Source: Catajapyx aquilonaris
Lineage: Eukaryota
NCBI GenBank assembly: GCA_000934665.2
Contig: JYFJ02000264.1
Span: 1-64,000 of the forward strand
Length of the DNA: 64,000 nucleotides
Direction of reading: 5' to 3'
A program made the position numbers and the translations under genes. Below, piece after piece: positions 23,771 to 38,700 of this stretch. Each line of letters starts with the position of its first letter. Within the stretch, counting starts at the first letter, position 1. Below the pieces are notes generated by a model. It saw only the letters and a program-made list of their open reading frames with translations, did no database searches and had not been told where the DNA came from.

Positions 23771-26700
23771 GGCGCCATCATTTCTGATTGCATGCACATC
23801 CTACTTGCACATTTCAGATCTGATCCGTATCACACGGTAAGTTATTTCAGTGTTGATCCGCATTACTCCAAAATGGCCTGCCAGAAAACCCACAACATAA
23901 TAATTATGATCCTTATTAGAATTTGCTGGGGCTGAACTTGTCCGATGATTTTTACACCTTCATACACATTTTAGCAGCAAATTTAAAAGTGTAATAATGT
24001 ACTGTTGACAAGTTGAATGGGGCCGTCATTTTGGACTGTTTACAAGGAGTGAAGTGGAAATCAGCCTAACCCTGCAGAATGTTTTTCTAGTCTGCTATTA
24101 CTCATCTGAAGTGGATAGAGCCCTAACTATTTTTATAAACTGATTCGTCCCGTCGAGATTAGGCGTGTAGGATGGTTGGTTTATTTTGACTACCAATGGA
24201 GTCAACATGGGCCAGTTTCCCTTTACATTTTTATTCCTGTAGAGTTGTGTGGGTCACTTCATTTACCCGTATAGTCAGCAGCCATGTCTGGTGAGTATTG
24301 TGCTGTACTTTAAAAATCCTGCATTCACATGAGTCGCCTCACATATATTTTTTTGTCGGTTCACCTAATGGGATCGCACCGTGATTGTCCGAAACCACAA
24401 CCTTGAAAAATAGGCTCCCAAAAAAGGCGGGTTTGAGGTTGAGGTTTTTTGAACCCGTGCCCTTCATGGTGCCCCTCCAGAGTTGCAGACGAAATTGGCA
24501 CCGAGTCACGCCCAGGGCACCAGAGTGGAACATTTTCAGGCAGTAATTGAGTAATTGCACCCATGTTATTTGTCTAGCTATTGGCAGTTGCATGCAATTC
24601 CGTCTGGTTTCCTAGAAAAGCACCGACAACCAATTTTGAAGGCAGCCTTGAACTTGGGCTGTGGCAACACTGAACGTTCAATATGGCTCAGCCATGAAAC
24701 GTGTTCCTATCTTCTTCCTAACCACCCCTCGTCCATAAAAAAGAACTAATTCGCATTAAATGTGATGATGAGACACGTGTAGTGAGCCAGTTTCTCCTGC
24801 CTGAGAGCTGTTGGAGGCCATCAAGACGAGCCAGGAAAAAGAAACATGAACATCTGCCCTCCTAAGATTGCTGGAGGAAAAGAAAAAAAAAATGTATTTT
24901 TGGAAAGCAGCCACCATTTTTATGGTAATACCGATTAAGTACTGGTAGCGCAGACGGAAACGCAAGTTTAGAGAGACACATCCTGTCGATTCGTTTAGAA
25001 TATTTTTTGTCATTCCCACGATCCAAACATTCAGTGTTAGAAAATAAATATGTTCAGGGTCAATATCTGTACTATTCAGAAAACTAGGTCACATACAGGT
25101 GCAACCAATTGCATACACCTGCCATACCCATACGAGAGGGTTACCGAGAAGCTGCGGCATTTCAAGGACAGGAAGTGGGCTTGGGGGGTACGAGGGAGGA
25201 CCTTTTTTTTCCAACATGAAGAAGGGTTGTCAGGACCTCAAAACCACTCCTGTGGCCTTTCTTCCCAGAAAGACTAGGTATTGCGCTCATACGCTGGAAA
25301 AACAAGTCTGACACCAACTGCCAGAGGTTGACCAACTCTGATTTCCTCTCAAGCCGGGGTTACACATCACACTAACCTATCTCAGCCATACCCGGATTAT
25401 ACGGAGAAACTTGTGGGAACCAAAACTAGCTAGGTTCATTTCACTCTATTCATGCGAACTGGCCGTGTGCCCAAATGGCCCTTCCCAAGGAGCAACACAG
25501 TTATCGGGGAGCTGGGAAAAACTGCACAAATCAAACCGGTCGGTTATAACTCCTTTTTATTATTGATCACATTGTGGCGAGATTTTGCTTGCTCAGCTGG
25601 AAATGTTGCCATTTGTTTTCTCGCCGATGCCGTTAACGTGGTTGTGTGTGGGATTGGACTCTTGATGATGTAGTTTGCATATGAAAAAATGACACAACTG
25701 CAAAAAAATAGCAATCGAGTTATATGTTACGTGTATACGGTTAATACAGTATGTGAATAGGTGCTCAAGTAACCCAGAAATTAAAATTATTTAAATAAAT
25801 ATTTTAATAATTCTAATTTCATATTTACACGTATAGTACTTTTAATTTTTTAGGTCAGCAATGTTGCAGAAATATGTCTATACAGTATAGCTGCATGCGC
25901 TCTTTTTGCTAAGATATTCCACGTTTGTTTCAATATATATATTTTTCTGTGGATTTGGCTTTTTCTGTATTCCGAATCTATGTCAGTAAACATGGCGTCT
26001 GCTGTTGGGTGGAGGTGGGAAGGAGCGGGGAGGAGGGGGAATGTAAACATGACCCTCGAATTGATGAGTAAACACGGGATTAGAAAGTAGCAGGATAAAA
26101 AGAAGCCGAAAATAAAGCAAGGACGGATAAGTAAATCAGTTGTGCTCTGTAGCGCAAAACGGTGAGGGGTAGCGTTTTATAGTCGGAGTGGATAATAAAT
26201 CCATAAATTCCAAAGGGGGGCAATTTTTGTGAGAACTGGATTTTTTTTTGTCCTACCCTCAAGGGTGGAGTATCAGAAGGGTCTGGTTAGCTATGTTGTC
26301 AGGTTTTCCTCAGTTGTAGGTTATCGGTATAGAGCTTATCAAATTTACCCGCTAGTAACCTCAAGATACACTGAATGCAATAACTATAGTTACACGTGAC
26401 GGCATTACTGCTGTTATTTCCATGGGGTTCGGACTCATTCGGTATAGGTATTTTTTTTGCGCTTTTCCATTTTGTAGACTTGAATCGAAAGTTTCCCAGT
26501 AGGAATCCTTCATCTATGAAAAAGCATCCATCGTAGGCGCCGACCACCACCTGGCTAGCAGCTGCTTCCAAAAAGATTTTTTTTCCACACCCTCTCCAGA
26601 AGAGAGGCTGCAAAAAAAGAGGGTAAATCGTTGGGTCCATGCAGCTAACAGGAAGAAATCCTATTCTTCTCTAGTATTTTTTCTACTTTTTTTCAGAATA

Positions 26701-29700
26701 GTTTGAATGATTACCATGTTTTTGACAACGATTTCAGTTTTTTTGAACGAAACGTACTGGGCTGAGGACAGGCACGAGAACTGCTTACAGTTAGATCTGG
26801 TGTAGTTTTTTGAGGTATTTGTGAAAAAATTGGGTTGGAATTTCGAGTTCTTTCACGCCATGAGCCAGATGATGACACACTTGAAGTATTTTTTTGTGTA
26901 GCTGAAAGGCATGCCCAACCTGTATAGTACTTTTATTATAGAGAGTGATTGATTCAACCATTGCCAGCAGCCACAAGGTGAGCTGTGGGGGGTTGATGAT
27001 TACCATGGACGAACAAAGCCCCCAGCAAAAGTTAAATTAATGACCAGGTTATAGGCGTGATATCAGGAAAACTTTCTATTTTCACCACAGTTTTTTTCGT
27101 GAAAAAATGTGTATAACTCAATTCCTTAACATGCTAAAATTCATATGAGACCAGTGAATGCTGGTAATATGCAGGTCCTTTCATGTCATATGTGCCCTTT
27201 CCCGCAGGCTTGTTATGCATTAGGATACACACCAGCTCGGAAATTTAATTCGTATTGGCCCGCACAGCAGACTTGGCCTAAAAGGTACCGCTGAATGTGA
27301 ATAATTTGTTGCGGTAATAAGCAAAACCGACCTGAGTAATTCTAGTCCGGATCGATGGTCCCAGCCCGTGGTGAGGTTTTCCCTGGGTCCGGTCGTTCAC
27401 CTGAGACATCAACAGGCCCAGGGTTCCTGGGTGCCCAATTACAGGCTATGTTATGTCATGTGTCGTGTTCGGATATATCTAATTAACTAGGCACCGACGA
27501 CTCCAATCTTTCCAAAGAAACGAACATGCCCTGCCAAGGCCTACCGTCCATCTCCCTCCTAAATTGGGCATTTTTAATGGATAATGTGGATGTGAAGCAG
27601 CCCCTAATTAAAGCGACTTATCTCCTGGCATAACCTCATTCCCCACCCCTCAGGGCTGGTAACTTGTTTCATTTTTAAGTATCAGCATGCTTATCTGCGC
27701 ATTACGCCAGCCCCTTGCTTAGTCCCGCTGATGCAAATGGGACCATAGAAATGACATAAAGAGTACTAATTAGAATATTCTTAGTTGAAGAGATAGGTGG
27801 AGAGGAGGGGTCGCTGAGAGTGTATCGTGTCGAGTGGCATAGGCAGAAATCCTTCTATCGATTGGATGTGGGGTTGGAAAGGGGACACTTTTCATTTCGG
27901 ATGTGGAGATGAAGCAGGGATGAGAGAGAGGGGAATTTCAAAATTAGCGGAAGTTTTTAATGCAAAGTTTAGTTGGGAGACGTTAAAAGTGGTGGGGAGA
28001 CTTGACGAGAATCGTAAATCAACATAAAAGGAGTTGTGATCACGGGAAGGTTCGTGTATTCGTATTAATTAATCTTGAATAGAATCTGTGGGCGCGACAA
28101 GATATTGATCTACTCCAGGATCCGTTGCATTAAGTTTATGGGACACTTTGGTAGCTTTTCTTCCCTTCCTAATCCTAAATCATGCCGCACTATTCCAGGG
28201 AGAATTAAGGAGGTAGGGGATCAGCATTCCAGAGCTCCCTGCTCAGAGTAATTGCATGAATATGCAAGAAACACAGTGCAGGTGATCTACTCTTTCTTAA
28301 CATCAGCCATTCATGCCTCTGTTGATCATATGATCTGAAATCACCCAATGAGAGTCGCGCACTCCTGGCAGTAACCAATGACAGCCTATCAGCTGGTTGA
28401 TGTGACCATCATTTTGGTAGTACCCAACAGGACAGGCTAATTTAGGTCATGTATGGCCAGGTATTTTTTATACAATTTAAACCGAATTTTTTAATACTTT
28501 CCAGTTGGTAACAACCAAACGCTACGTATACCAGTACAACGTAATCATACCCTGCTACCATGACCCACATCCAGAAAACAACACAGTAATTAATTTCAAC
28601 ATTGACTTATCACTCATCTCTCACCAACCATCATCGTAAATTCTAAGGTGCCTCCCAAAAAAGGTTAAAACTTGTCCTGCTGACCCACGATATCTCCACC
28701 TCCCTTCCCTGTCCCCCACCCACCCCTGGTCATTTACATCAAAACGACCTATTGTTCGATGCCAAGTGCGACTCAAGTTCGTCTGAAGGCTTTATTTTAC
28801 GTCTTGCAACCTGCATGGAGATGAGATTGAACCCAAACAAAAGCTGAGAAAACTATCTATGAGTCGGCGCAATAAAAATTCCTCCCAACTTCAGATTACG
28901 ATTTTATGATTTTGTTGACTATTTAGTATTTATGCAAGATGGTTCCCACGAAGGCTTTTTCCGGTTGAAGCTCTAGTCGATCGGCAGGTCTCAAAAGAGC
29001 GGAAACCGTCGTCCAGAGGAAACCTAATCCTAGCTTCTGAGGTTGTATGCTGCCGGGGGAACGGCCCCGGAAAAAAATTACGGAAAGGAAAAAAAAAAAA
29101 AAATACAAGAGCTGAGATCTTAGGGGGTTTGAGTAAAGGCCTCGTGGACCCTGAAGGAAGGTCTGGCTTGGAGGTCAACGGCGGAAGTGAGCCATATGGG
29201 AGCCACATGTCAACCCCCCTAGTATATACGGGAAAGACGGCACCCACGCACAAACACCTTTATGAGACATTCAGACAGCGGGACGGTTCATGGCGAGCCA
29301 GGCGATAAGGATAGGAATTTCCGGGAGATTTCCGATGTGGATGAGAAACTGGATTGCGTACATGTGAACAGTACAACCAATAGTGTTGCGTGATCAAAAT
29401 ATAGTGTCACATTGCATATAAGCAGGGGTTGTAATGAACACCATCTTGAGCTACTCTGATTAAGCTCGATCTCGTGTGTTGAAACAGACAGACTGTTCCA
29501 ATTAAATGATGCACAGATCCCATGCGTGACACATGTTGGTCGTCCCTCAATTTTCTACTTATACTTTTATGGTGAAAACAGTGACTGTGTCATACCAGGT
29601 GGCATGATCCGTTTATACTGTATATAGCAATAATTCAATATGATTGCGTCAATAGAGAGGTAACCTTGAATGGATTCGTCATTAGTCTCTCACTTGAAGC

Positions 29701-32700
29701 TAGTAAAACTTCTCAGAATACTGATAGTAATGATAAAATAAAGGTCGAGATAAGAGATGGGTACAGAATTAAATCGAAAATACTTTTGTAACAATTTTTT
29801 TCATGGGCAGTCAAGTCTCAGCTGTGCAAGATCCGCGTTGGAAGAGTGATTCTGACGGTAATTACATACATTTCGATCTCTTGACGTGCCTTTGACCTTT
29901 TCAGGCCCATTCCAATATCGGAGGATCTATACGTCGCTGCAACCAAGTCTCATTTCTTAGGAGAAAGGCTAATACAATAAGTCACCTCGTCTGTTCTTGT
30001 TGACTCAGCATGTTGCCAATATTATAGCGCGGGAGAATATTATTTTACCCAGGTTATCGGTTCCATGAAGCCTAGATAAACTCCACGATACTGTATGTTC
30101 TGCCTTGGGGTTAGGAAAAACATGCCAGAGCACTTGATCGTACTCGAAAGATACGAAGAAGAACTTGGTTTGATGCATTTGTTTTGTATAAATAAAATTC
30201 ACTATGTGCAAGTTTTTCTGCTGAAAGTCGACTTTACTTGAACTTATTTGTGTGAGTAAACATTTCATTCCATTTTTCTCATACGCATAAGCTAAAGCAT
30301 AACATTGAAATGTAATCACGGTACTTGTTAGTCCTGTTGCTCTATAATAGATTATACGCTGTCACATCCTTAAAAGGCTGTCATGCAACAGCGCTACAGG
30401 CTATTACTTGGCCTCCTTTCAAGACTTTACAAATTTTTCTTCCTTTATAAGAACGAAGGAAACGGCAACGCAGCACATACCCAAGGACTGTGGGTTCAGG
30501 GTCTTGGATCAGCAGGAAGCCTAGATAAAGCTATCCAACCCTTATGCGCGTTATAAACCACGTTCCCTAATAACCCCTGCATTTTTTTAATGCACCAAAG
30601 TGAACGTAAGTTATGTGTCGTTTTTCCAAACCCGAAAGGTTTGGCAGTTCCATAATGACTTTGTTCTGCACGTCTGACAGGTTTGTGTACGCCTAAAATT
30701 CACTGTAGAGGCTAAACTATGAATGGTACTGTTTATGACGATACGAGACCCACACATTATGTATCAGTATACATAATATTTACTCCATATTACACCTCAT
30801 GCATCATTGATCAAATTGAGCCTCCACATCAAAAAGTCATCTACAAGAAAAATATCTTGTGTACATTGGTCATCTGGAAGGCGTTTCATTTTCCAAGTGG
30901 CTTCTGCTTTTTTCCCCTGGGAGGTCCTATCTCCACCAAATTGTGGAAGTCTGGCCCTTTAAAAAAAACCCCTGGGGGGCGGGGGGTAAAAGGCCTCCAA
31001 AAAGGGGCCCGAAAATGGAACTGACACACTGGATATCGTCAAGGCTTCAAAAGCGGCTCCTGCGGGACCCAATCCACTCCTCCGAAATAAATTTCCCCAA
31101 CATGGATTGTTCCTTGTGATAAAGCCGCCATTACACAGGCCTCACGAATTTGGCTCGTGACGAAATGGTTCAAATCTGACCTCTCTTCCTTTTTTTTTTC
31201 TTCCCATTTTTGTTTTTGGGAGGGGTCTTAAGATCGATTCTTGCGTGAGGAGTTAAGTGAATTTGGATGAAATGATGGAAGTGATCTCCTTAAAGAATAA
31301 TGAAAAATATCTTTTCCTTGGGGGGTATCCTCAACGTCACCTAGCAACTAATCTCCTTGACTGCTTAAGTTTCCGGAATACCAGTCCCCTGTTTCTCACG
31401 GTCACCATGTTGCCATGTTGGTCCTATTTATATACGTTATGGTACCGGTACGGTAAGAGAGGTACAGTACCAAAAAAAAAAAACTTTGCGCATGTTAGAG
31501 GTCTATAACGGGGTACGAGGTGTTTGAACCACTTATCGATTGCCAGGTAATGCCCTCGGCTGTTATGATTAACTTAGGTTCCTACTTATAGCCCTTGACC
31601 TTTGATGTTATGATCCCTATATAGCGTTCGTACCAGGTTCGTACCTTCTGAACATGGGCAATAAACTGTATATTACATTCCATAATGTAAATTGGAGCAG
31701 TTTATAGCCTGCGTTCCTTTTTTGCTAAAGAACGAAAGCCTGAAACGCAGAATCGAACATGATCACATTTGAATGATTTTGAGATATGAGGGGTTTGAAG
31801 TTTGACGATTGCATTATCAGTCACGTTGACCCTTTTTCAAATGTCTATCTGAATGGCTGCAATTGCCCTGTCAGAAAACTGTCTTGACCTCATAATCAAT
31901 AACTATTTTGCACAATCCCTAATTTAATTTCGACCAAAATGCGAATTATCATCCTGCATTTTAGGTCTAAAAATATAATCAGTCAACTCGATTATAGATG
32001 AGTGAAAATATGCATAATTGCGTCATATCTGGGCGCACATGTTACCCTGGACTATATATACTGCTCCCACATGTGACATTTTAAGAAAATAAACTATGTG
32101 CTATTTGTATCATATCAGCTTGGGTCATTCACAGAAGCAATGAGGCACAGTTAGGAAATAATGATAATGACAACAACACATCAGATAGAAACATCGTAAG
32201 CCCGTCTCTCTCTCTCTCCCCCCCCTCCCTCTCCCCTCTCCCTTCCCTTCCCCCGGGTAGGTTGGAGCCGCTGCGCTGTTCCCTCCACCACATGTGAAAT
32301 GCAAAATTTGCTGGGACCTCCGGGGGTATCTAGCATGTCCATGGGATTGCATGGGGGTTAGGTCCCAATTGGAGCAGCTCTATCTAACTCGTGACCTTTT
32401 CCGTCCTTACGTTATTGAACTCTTACATTACTTGGCTCATGTGCTGATGTGTTTTATTTATTTGTTTGTTTATTATTTTTTCTTTAGTTATGAGTGGTCA
32501 GGAATTATTAGTGATATCTGGTGGCTATTTTCTATATTGTCGATTGCCTTCGACACCAGTGACCTCAGCCATCCAAAATATTATTTTAATACTGTATAAA
32601 CTTGTTTAAAATGTCTTCCCCCACACCCTTCGCAACTTCAATCCTCCACTGCTTCTTGTCTCCATATCCCCTTCCCCTCTGTCACTAAAGGTACGAGATT

Positions 32701-33830
32701 ACTGTTGGTAGATGACGAAACAAACGCATTATGCAACGTGGGGATGAAAGTTGTGGAGCTACCAGCTGGTTCCTGATTGGTGAATACCTACCTACCGGTA
32801 CCTTATATTAGCCCGTCTCCAGTACATATTCTCCGGAAGCACTCAAATGATGTGGTTATAAGCACAGGTCAATTTGTCATTTTGAAAGCAAGGAGACCGG
32901 AAGTGCTGTAATGTTCCACTTACATATCTTCAGGTAAATTATTTATGCGCGTTTGCCCCGGACTGCGGCTCGTTATCGGCAGCCAAGTAGTGCAGCCTAC
33001 TGTGAGGTAGTTACTGACGAGATGTCTGAATATTCCATTATTTCTCTAATCAGCCTTTGTATGGTGTCTGGTACTGTTCACTTTTTATTCAATGATAGTA
33101 TGACTCAGCATCTTCAACCGAGCACTACTTGCGCAACTTCTGTTGCCAAGCACAAACTATAAAGTGAGATTAAGAGACTTATCGTCAACGTAAAAAAAAT
33201 ATGTTGAATATACCGTGCAGCTATAAGCAATAACCATAAGTTACTATGAACCATTATTTCATCGGCCAATGATAACTGAGACGTTCCATTGACCCTTTGG
33301 CTAGTAGTAACCAGTTATAAGGACAGTAAGTCGTCGAACTAAGTCCACTCGACCTGCAACATTACTGAACCACAGAAACGGTAAAACACATTATTGCCTT
33401 ATAACTAAGTCATAAGACTCGTCCAGCACTGGGGGAAAGTTCTTCACCCACAACCCATAATCCCAATACCCAAACGTCACGCGCGGAAATTCCAACCCAT
33501 GTTCGCAGAAATTGTCCGCAAACAAGTAGCATGCCTATAGGGTTGTGGCAGGACATGTGATTCATAACTGTGACCCCGTACAAGGAAAAAGGCAATCAAT
33601 AATTCAGAACTAATAGACTTCAGCCCCCCCACTGACGAGTACTAACATTCTTCTGATTCCGATTCTTCCGCTGATTCCACGCACGGAAAAGCGTCATTAT
33701 TTCGTTATACCGGCGAGGATCTTAAGCATATGCACTGAAAAGAAGACAGATTCAGGTCACAGTAATTGTAATCGCGTGCATAAATGGTTCTGGGAATAGC
33801 TGCTCCTACATAATTCAGTGACCGGCTTAT

Positions 33831-34613
33831 ACCACTATGTTGCTTTGAGATAGACACAGAGAAGGACATGCTGCCAGTCGAAAGACGCATGCAAGTACTT
33901 CATAAATTAAGATTCTAAGGTAATCGGTGCAGTTGTTGACCTACGCAGGACATGGGTACCAATATTGTGGGGCAAAGTCTGATTCCCATCCCCAGTCTAA
34001 TCAATAAGTGCAGCACGAGGCAATCATATTGGGGGGGAAAAAACCACGCCACTAAATTCATAATCACGTCATTAACTAAGTTCGTTTTGACGCAAATATT
34101 ATGCTTCCTGCACTTCCGCGATTAATTATTTTTGCGTTTACACAAAATCAACCGGCATGTACCATGAGTCTTCTCACTTTAGATGTGTTAGTATTCATGC
34201 AGTTGCATCCAGTAGCCACGTNACCACTATGTTGCTTCGAGATAGACACAGAGAAGGACATGATGCCAGTCGAAAGACGCATGCAAGTACTTCATAAATT
34301 AAGATTCTAAGGTAATCGGTGCAGTTGTTGACCTACGCAGGACATGGGTACCAATATTGTGGGGCAAAGTCTGATTCCCATCCCCAGTCTAATCAATAAG
34401 TGCAGCACGAGGCAATCATATTGGGGGGGAAAAAACCACGCCACTAAATTCATAATCACGTCATTAACTAAGTTCGTTTTGACGCAAATATTATGCTTCC
34501 TGCACTTCCGCGATTAATTATTTTTGCGTTTACACAAAATCAACCGGCATGTACCATGAGTCTTCTCACTTTAGATGTGTTAGTATTCATGCAGTTGCAT
34601 CCAGTAGCCACGT
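33831..34613. repeat. 391-bp tandem duplication separated by a single N (probable assembly/haplotype artefact)
   Basis: Copy 1 is 33831-34221, N is at 34222 and copy 2 is 34223-34613. I see two substitutions (gctttgaga vs gcttcgaga; catgctgcc vs catgatgcc). Confidence 0.92.
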
Positions 34614-35726
34614 ATTTCTGGATCCCATACCGTGTTATACCCACTGGGGTGCAATATTCATAAAGAGTGTGCGAAAAAGATATCTATTCTGTCAGAGTGG
34701 ACGAAAGAATAGGGCTTCCATATTACGCTGGAAAACGGGATTTTTGCTTGGTTTACGAGGGACTGCCCTGCCAGAGCTGGTTGTTGTAAAACATGGGCAT
34801 TTTCTTCGTGTAAAGTGCTTCTAGTTTTGACTCCATCCTTGAATTTCTTCGGCCAGTCGCGAAGGCTTTAAAGACATCGTTTTAGGGCATTATGCAGCAG
34901 GTTTGACTCGACAGGATTCCGCTTTATTGCTGAATTCACTACTGGTCATCACTATTTTATTTTAAATGCTGTAAACAAAAGTGTGGGAAACTCTGCAGGC
35001 TGTGACATACACGTATTTATTTATTTATTTATACCTTAACAATGCAGCTTTAATTTTATTGACCTCTTTGTGACTTTTTGTGCTGAACATAATTTTTTTG
35101 TGGTTCAAAACGCGTTAAGAAGTAAATCAATTCTTGTATCCCTCCAGGTACATAGCTAAGGGCAAAAAAGCTAAAAGAACGATTTCCTTTTTTTGTCTGA
35201 GAAAATTCGCCTGAATCTATATGCTGATCGGTGGGGACTGGCAATGATCCACGTTATTTCCCAAGCGCCTTTTGGCCAAGCAAAGCTCTTCTTGTCATCT
35301 GGGAGCTACTTCTCGTCTCTGAGAAGAGCAAAAAAGAAGCAATATCGAGGAAAATAAGACGGGGAGGTAGGAAGGACCAGAGAAAAAGCAGAAAAGGAAA
35401 TAAAAGAAGCCTCAGCAGAGTTGGGAAGAAGCCAGAGATGTAGGATATATTTCGGATTTTTTTTTGTGTGTGTATCTTGTGGTGTAGGGGATCCGGGATG
35501 CTCTTCCCACGATTCAAGTTGTGCTCCCAAATTGTCCCACTTGGGGGGCTTAGTGCCTAATATATTAGAATCGGGAGACGAACGCAAGTTGTACACGCAA
35601 CGTTGAACTCAGCCTATTAATCCGGAGTAGGCCTATATTTTTTTTAGGTAGACTATTAGGGTGCGCCACGTGTGTCCACGGCTTGATTTTCAAGATTCAT
35701 CGTTGCCAATTAGCTTCAACTGAGAA

Positions 35727-35762
35727 GATTCCGCTGATTCCGCTGATTACGCCGATTACGCT
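35727..35762. repeat. 9-bp minisatellite, 4 copies
   Basis: GATTCCGCT GATTCCGCT GATTACGCC GATTACGCT. Confidence 0.8.
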
Positions 35763-38700
35763 TCAGATAAAAATGCCTTTGGTGCAGTGCTGTATACAAA
35801 TGTGTCATGAACACGCCAGATCTCCAACGGCACTGAGCCAATTCCGGGTAACTCCTTACCAGGCATTCAACTTACAAGTCGCAAAGTCAGCTGACTACAC
35901 GTTTTTGTGTCGCTAACTGGTAGCAATTTGCTTGCAATGATATAGTGGCTACACCTTCATTACGGACTTGGCACTCCGTGTACGGCAAGTTGAAAAAAAA
36001 AGCATCTCAATCAATTACGGGCTGCCATGCTGTAAATGGACAATCCAAGGTTCCTCTCTCTTGTCCCATAAGCGTCTATATCGCGATAAGACGCATCAAG
36101 TGTACGCTACCGTTGTGTGTAAGGTCACGAAACGGCGCCACCACCAATTTCCTGCTTACAAAAAAAGAACATGCTGGTCATGTCGGGTACAAATTAGCTC
36201 ATGGGTACAGTTCCACTGCTTATTCCTCGATGATCTGATCGATATCATGGTCTCCCAGCACCACCAACTTGATTGATCAAGATGAGGGTTAAGTTGCTGA
36301 ACCGAGTGACAGACCATGCAGAAGGAGGACCCTGTCTTCCTCTTAGCGGTCGTCGGTTTTTTTGGGGGGGTATTTTTTTTGTTTTTTTCTGGGGTTAGGT
36401 TAGAAGATGAATCAAGAGGCACTTCCCGTTTCATCCGAGTGGAAGGAGTTGTGGGGCGCGTGGGCGAGCTGATTTTCATGGCGGGTGCATGACCCACGAG
36501 AAGGGGCCAAGGTGAGGGACAAGGATCAGTATGATGATGATGGTGATCATGATGATGGTAGTCAGGATGATGCAAGCAAGGCCCTGCCGTCATGGATGGA
36601 CGGATGGATACATTTCAGGCTTTTTTTCCAAACGGGGTGAAAGAACTACAATCCACGCACGACCAGTCGTTTTTGGAACCTTTATTTGTCAGTTGTGTTG
36701 TTTTTTTTTACAAGTTTTTTGGGGTTGTCGCGCTTAGCTTTTGGGGATTTGAATATCACGAGTTAGATACACGTGACTGACCGAATTTGTATTTTGTAGG
36801 GTTGATGAGACGGGTGTAATTTCGAAATGTGGTGCTTGGATGAGATGACTACTTGTGGTGTGGCTGTAATTTGAAGAAGCAGGAGGCTGGAAAGGTCGGC
36901 CATTTTTGTAGCGCTATGTACGCATGACTTACCTCAACCCTGGCTCACCTAAAAGGTATAGCATAACGTTCTGTGGCCAAAGTGTGGCCTGTGGAAGGAA
37001 GAGTCGGCTCTCCTCCCAAATCACACGCCCATTCCGCTAATTATTCCATTAGGCAACGGGCCTTTGACCTTCTGCCGTGACCCCCACCCTCTCAGGTCAC
37101 TGGCATTATAATAAGTACCTCCAATAGATACCATCTGCTTACCACATACCTCCCAATCACCCATCACCCTGGGTATATTCAGGCAAAGGGAGGGATTAGA
37201 ACAAATTTTTTCTACGCAGTGAATTGAATGAAGAAAAAAAAAAATTAGTATTTCCTTATTACTTGTATATTCGAGTTCCTGCCTCGAATAAAAGTTAATG
37301 GTTCATTTATTTGGCTGGGAGAGAACTTGGTGACTGTTAGAGCTACTGTAGGTTAAATTAGGTGGCATTTAATCCGCAGCAATTATTGTGATTTGTGTTG
37401 TCTAAAGTTTACAGTTGATGACAGGGGAGAGTTGGTAAAAATGAGCACCGGGGGTGGGAGGCGGGCTTTATAGTCGGTGGTGTTTGTAGTTGTTACTAAT
37501 AAAAAGAGCAATTACCCAAAACAGTTTGCAATAATCCAAGTCGTGGAATTGATGTCGATTTGTAATTATGAGATTACGATAGCTATAATTTTGGATAGCT
37601 TGGGAGTTAACTCTGTATAAATCTTCGTTAGGAAAGCAACGACTAGCATTATTCGAGAGGCGTTGCTGTGCCCAGGCGCCTGGTCTGAGCAAAGCGCTGT
37701 TTCCACAGAGGTAATAATTTATCTTCTGGGGCTACCAAGAAAAAAGTGCCCGGACCTGCGTTCAAAACATGAGCCGAAGCAGCTGCGACCGCGATCTGAA
37801 GAGGAATTACCATGGGAGTTGGACAGTCTATTTGCACCGGATTTCAGGGGAGGTTAGCTCTAGGTGTGCTATTTAATCTTCATATTTTAGTGTTAGTTGT
37901 ATCCAGAAAGTTGTCGCCAAATTTTTGCATTAAAGTAGTGTGTTAAAAATAAAAATAATTGCTAAGCACAATTCTTGCTGGTGAACATAATCATTATCTT
38001 GATTAGCCACCTTCCATATACAACCACAACGACCACCTATCTCCATGCCTGTCACTTAACATCTTGAATGGCTGTCTGCGCTGGGGCCCCCAACAGACTC
38101 CAAATGCACTCAGATCAGTTTTGGCATGTCCTGACAAACTGTCGCCTCCTGCTGAGAGAATACCAACACCACGCCATCGCTTGTGGGAGGTACCCGCAAT
38201 AAATGGAAGTGCAAACATAAACTTTAATTTACCTGGTAATAAACGCCATCAGCATTTTAAGACATCAAGTTTGGACAACATAAAAGCTGAGTGCATGTGG
38301 CAGGAAGACCAGGCTTTGACATTTTGGAGTGCCTAATTTGGGATCAATTGGGGAATACAGTATGTGGACACACATAACACGTACGTACATACACGACAGG
38401 AGAGAGAGGGAGAGCTCGGTTGCGGGTTTTCCCTTCATTCCCCCCCGCTTGTCCCCTCTCCCCTCCCCTCCTCATGGGTTGTCATGGCAACATGGCGCCT
38501 TTCTTGTTGCTAGGGGGGTGAGGGGGACTAGAGATGCGGAGGATGGGCCTCATCAGCCCTTGCCAAATGGGATGGATGGCAGTTGGGGACTAACCAAGGG
38601 GATACCACAGAATATGGGGACACACACACATATCTAATCATGCATGAAAAACAAAACAAATAGTGTGCTTAGAATGCAAGAAATGAATGATTTGAAGCCA

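Noticed and set aside
36156..36593. His-rich 145-aa ORF
   Set aside because: The His run comes from an imperfect (ATG)n microsatellite near 36530-36572, and the rest is low complexity.
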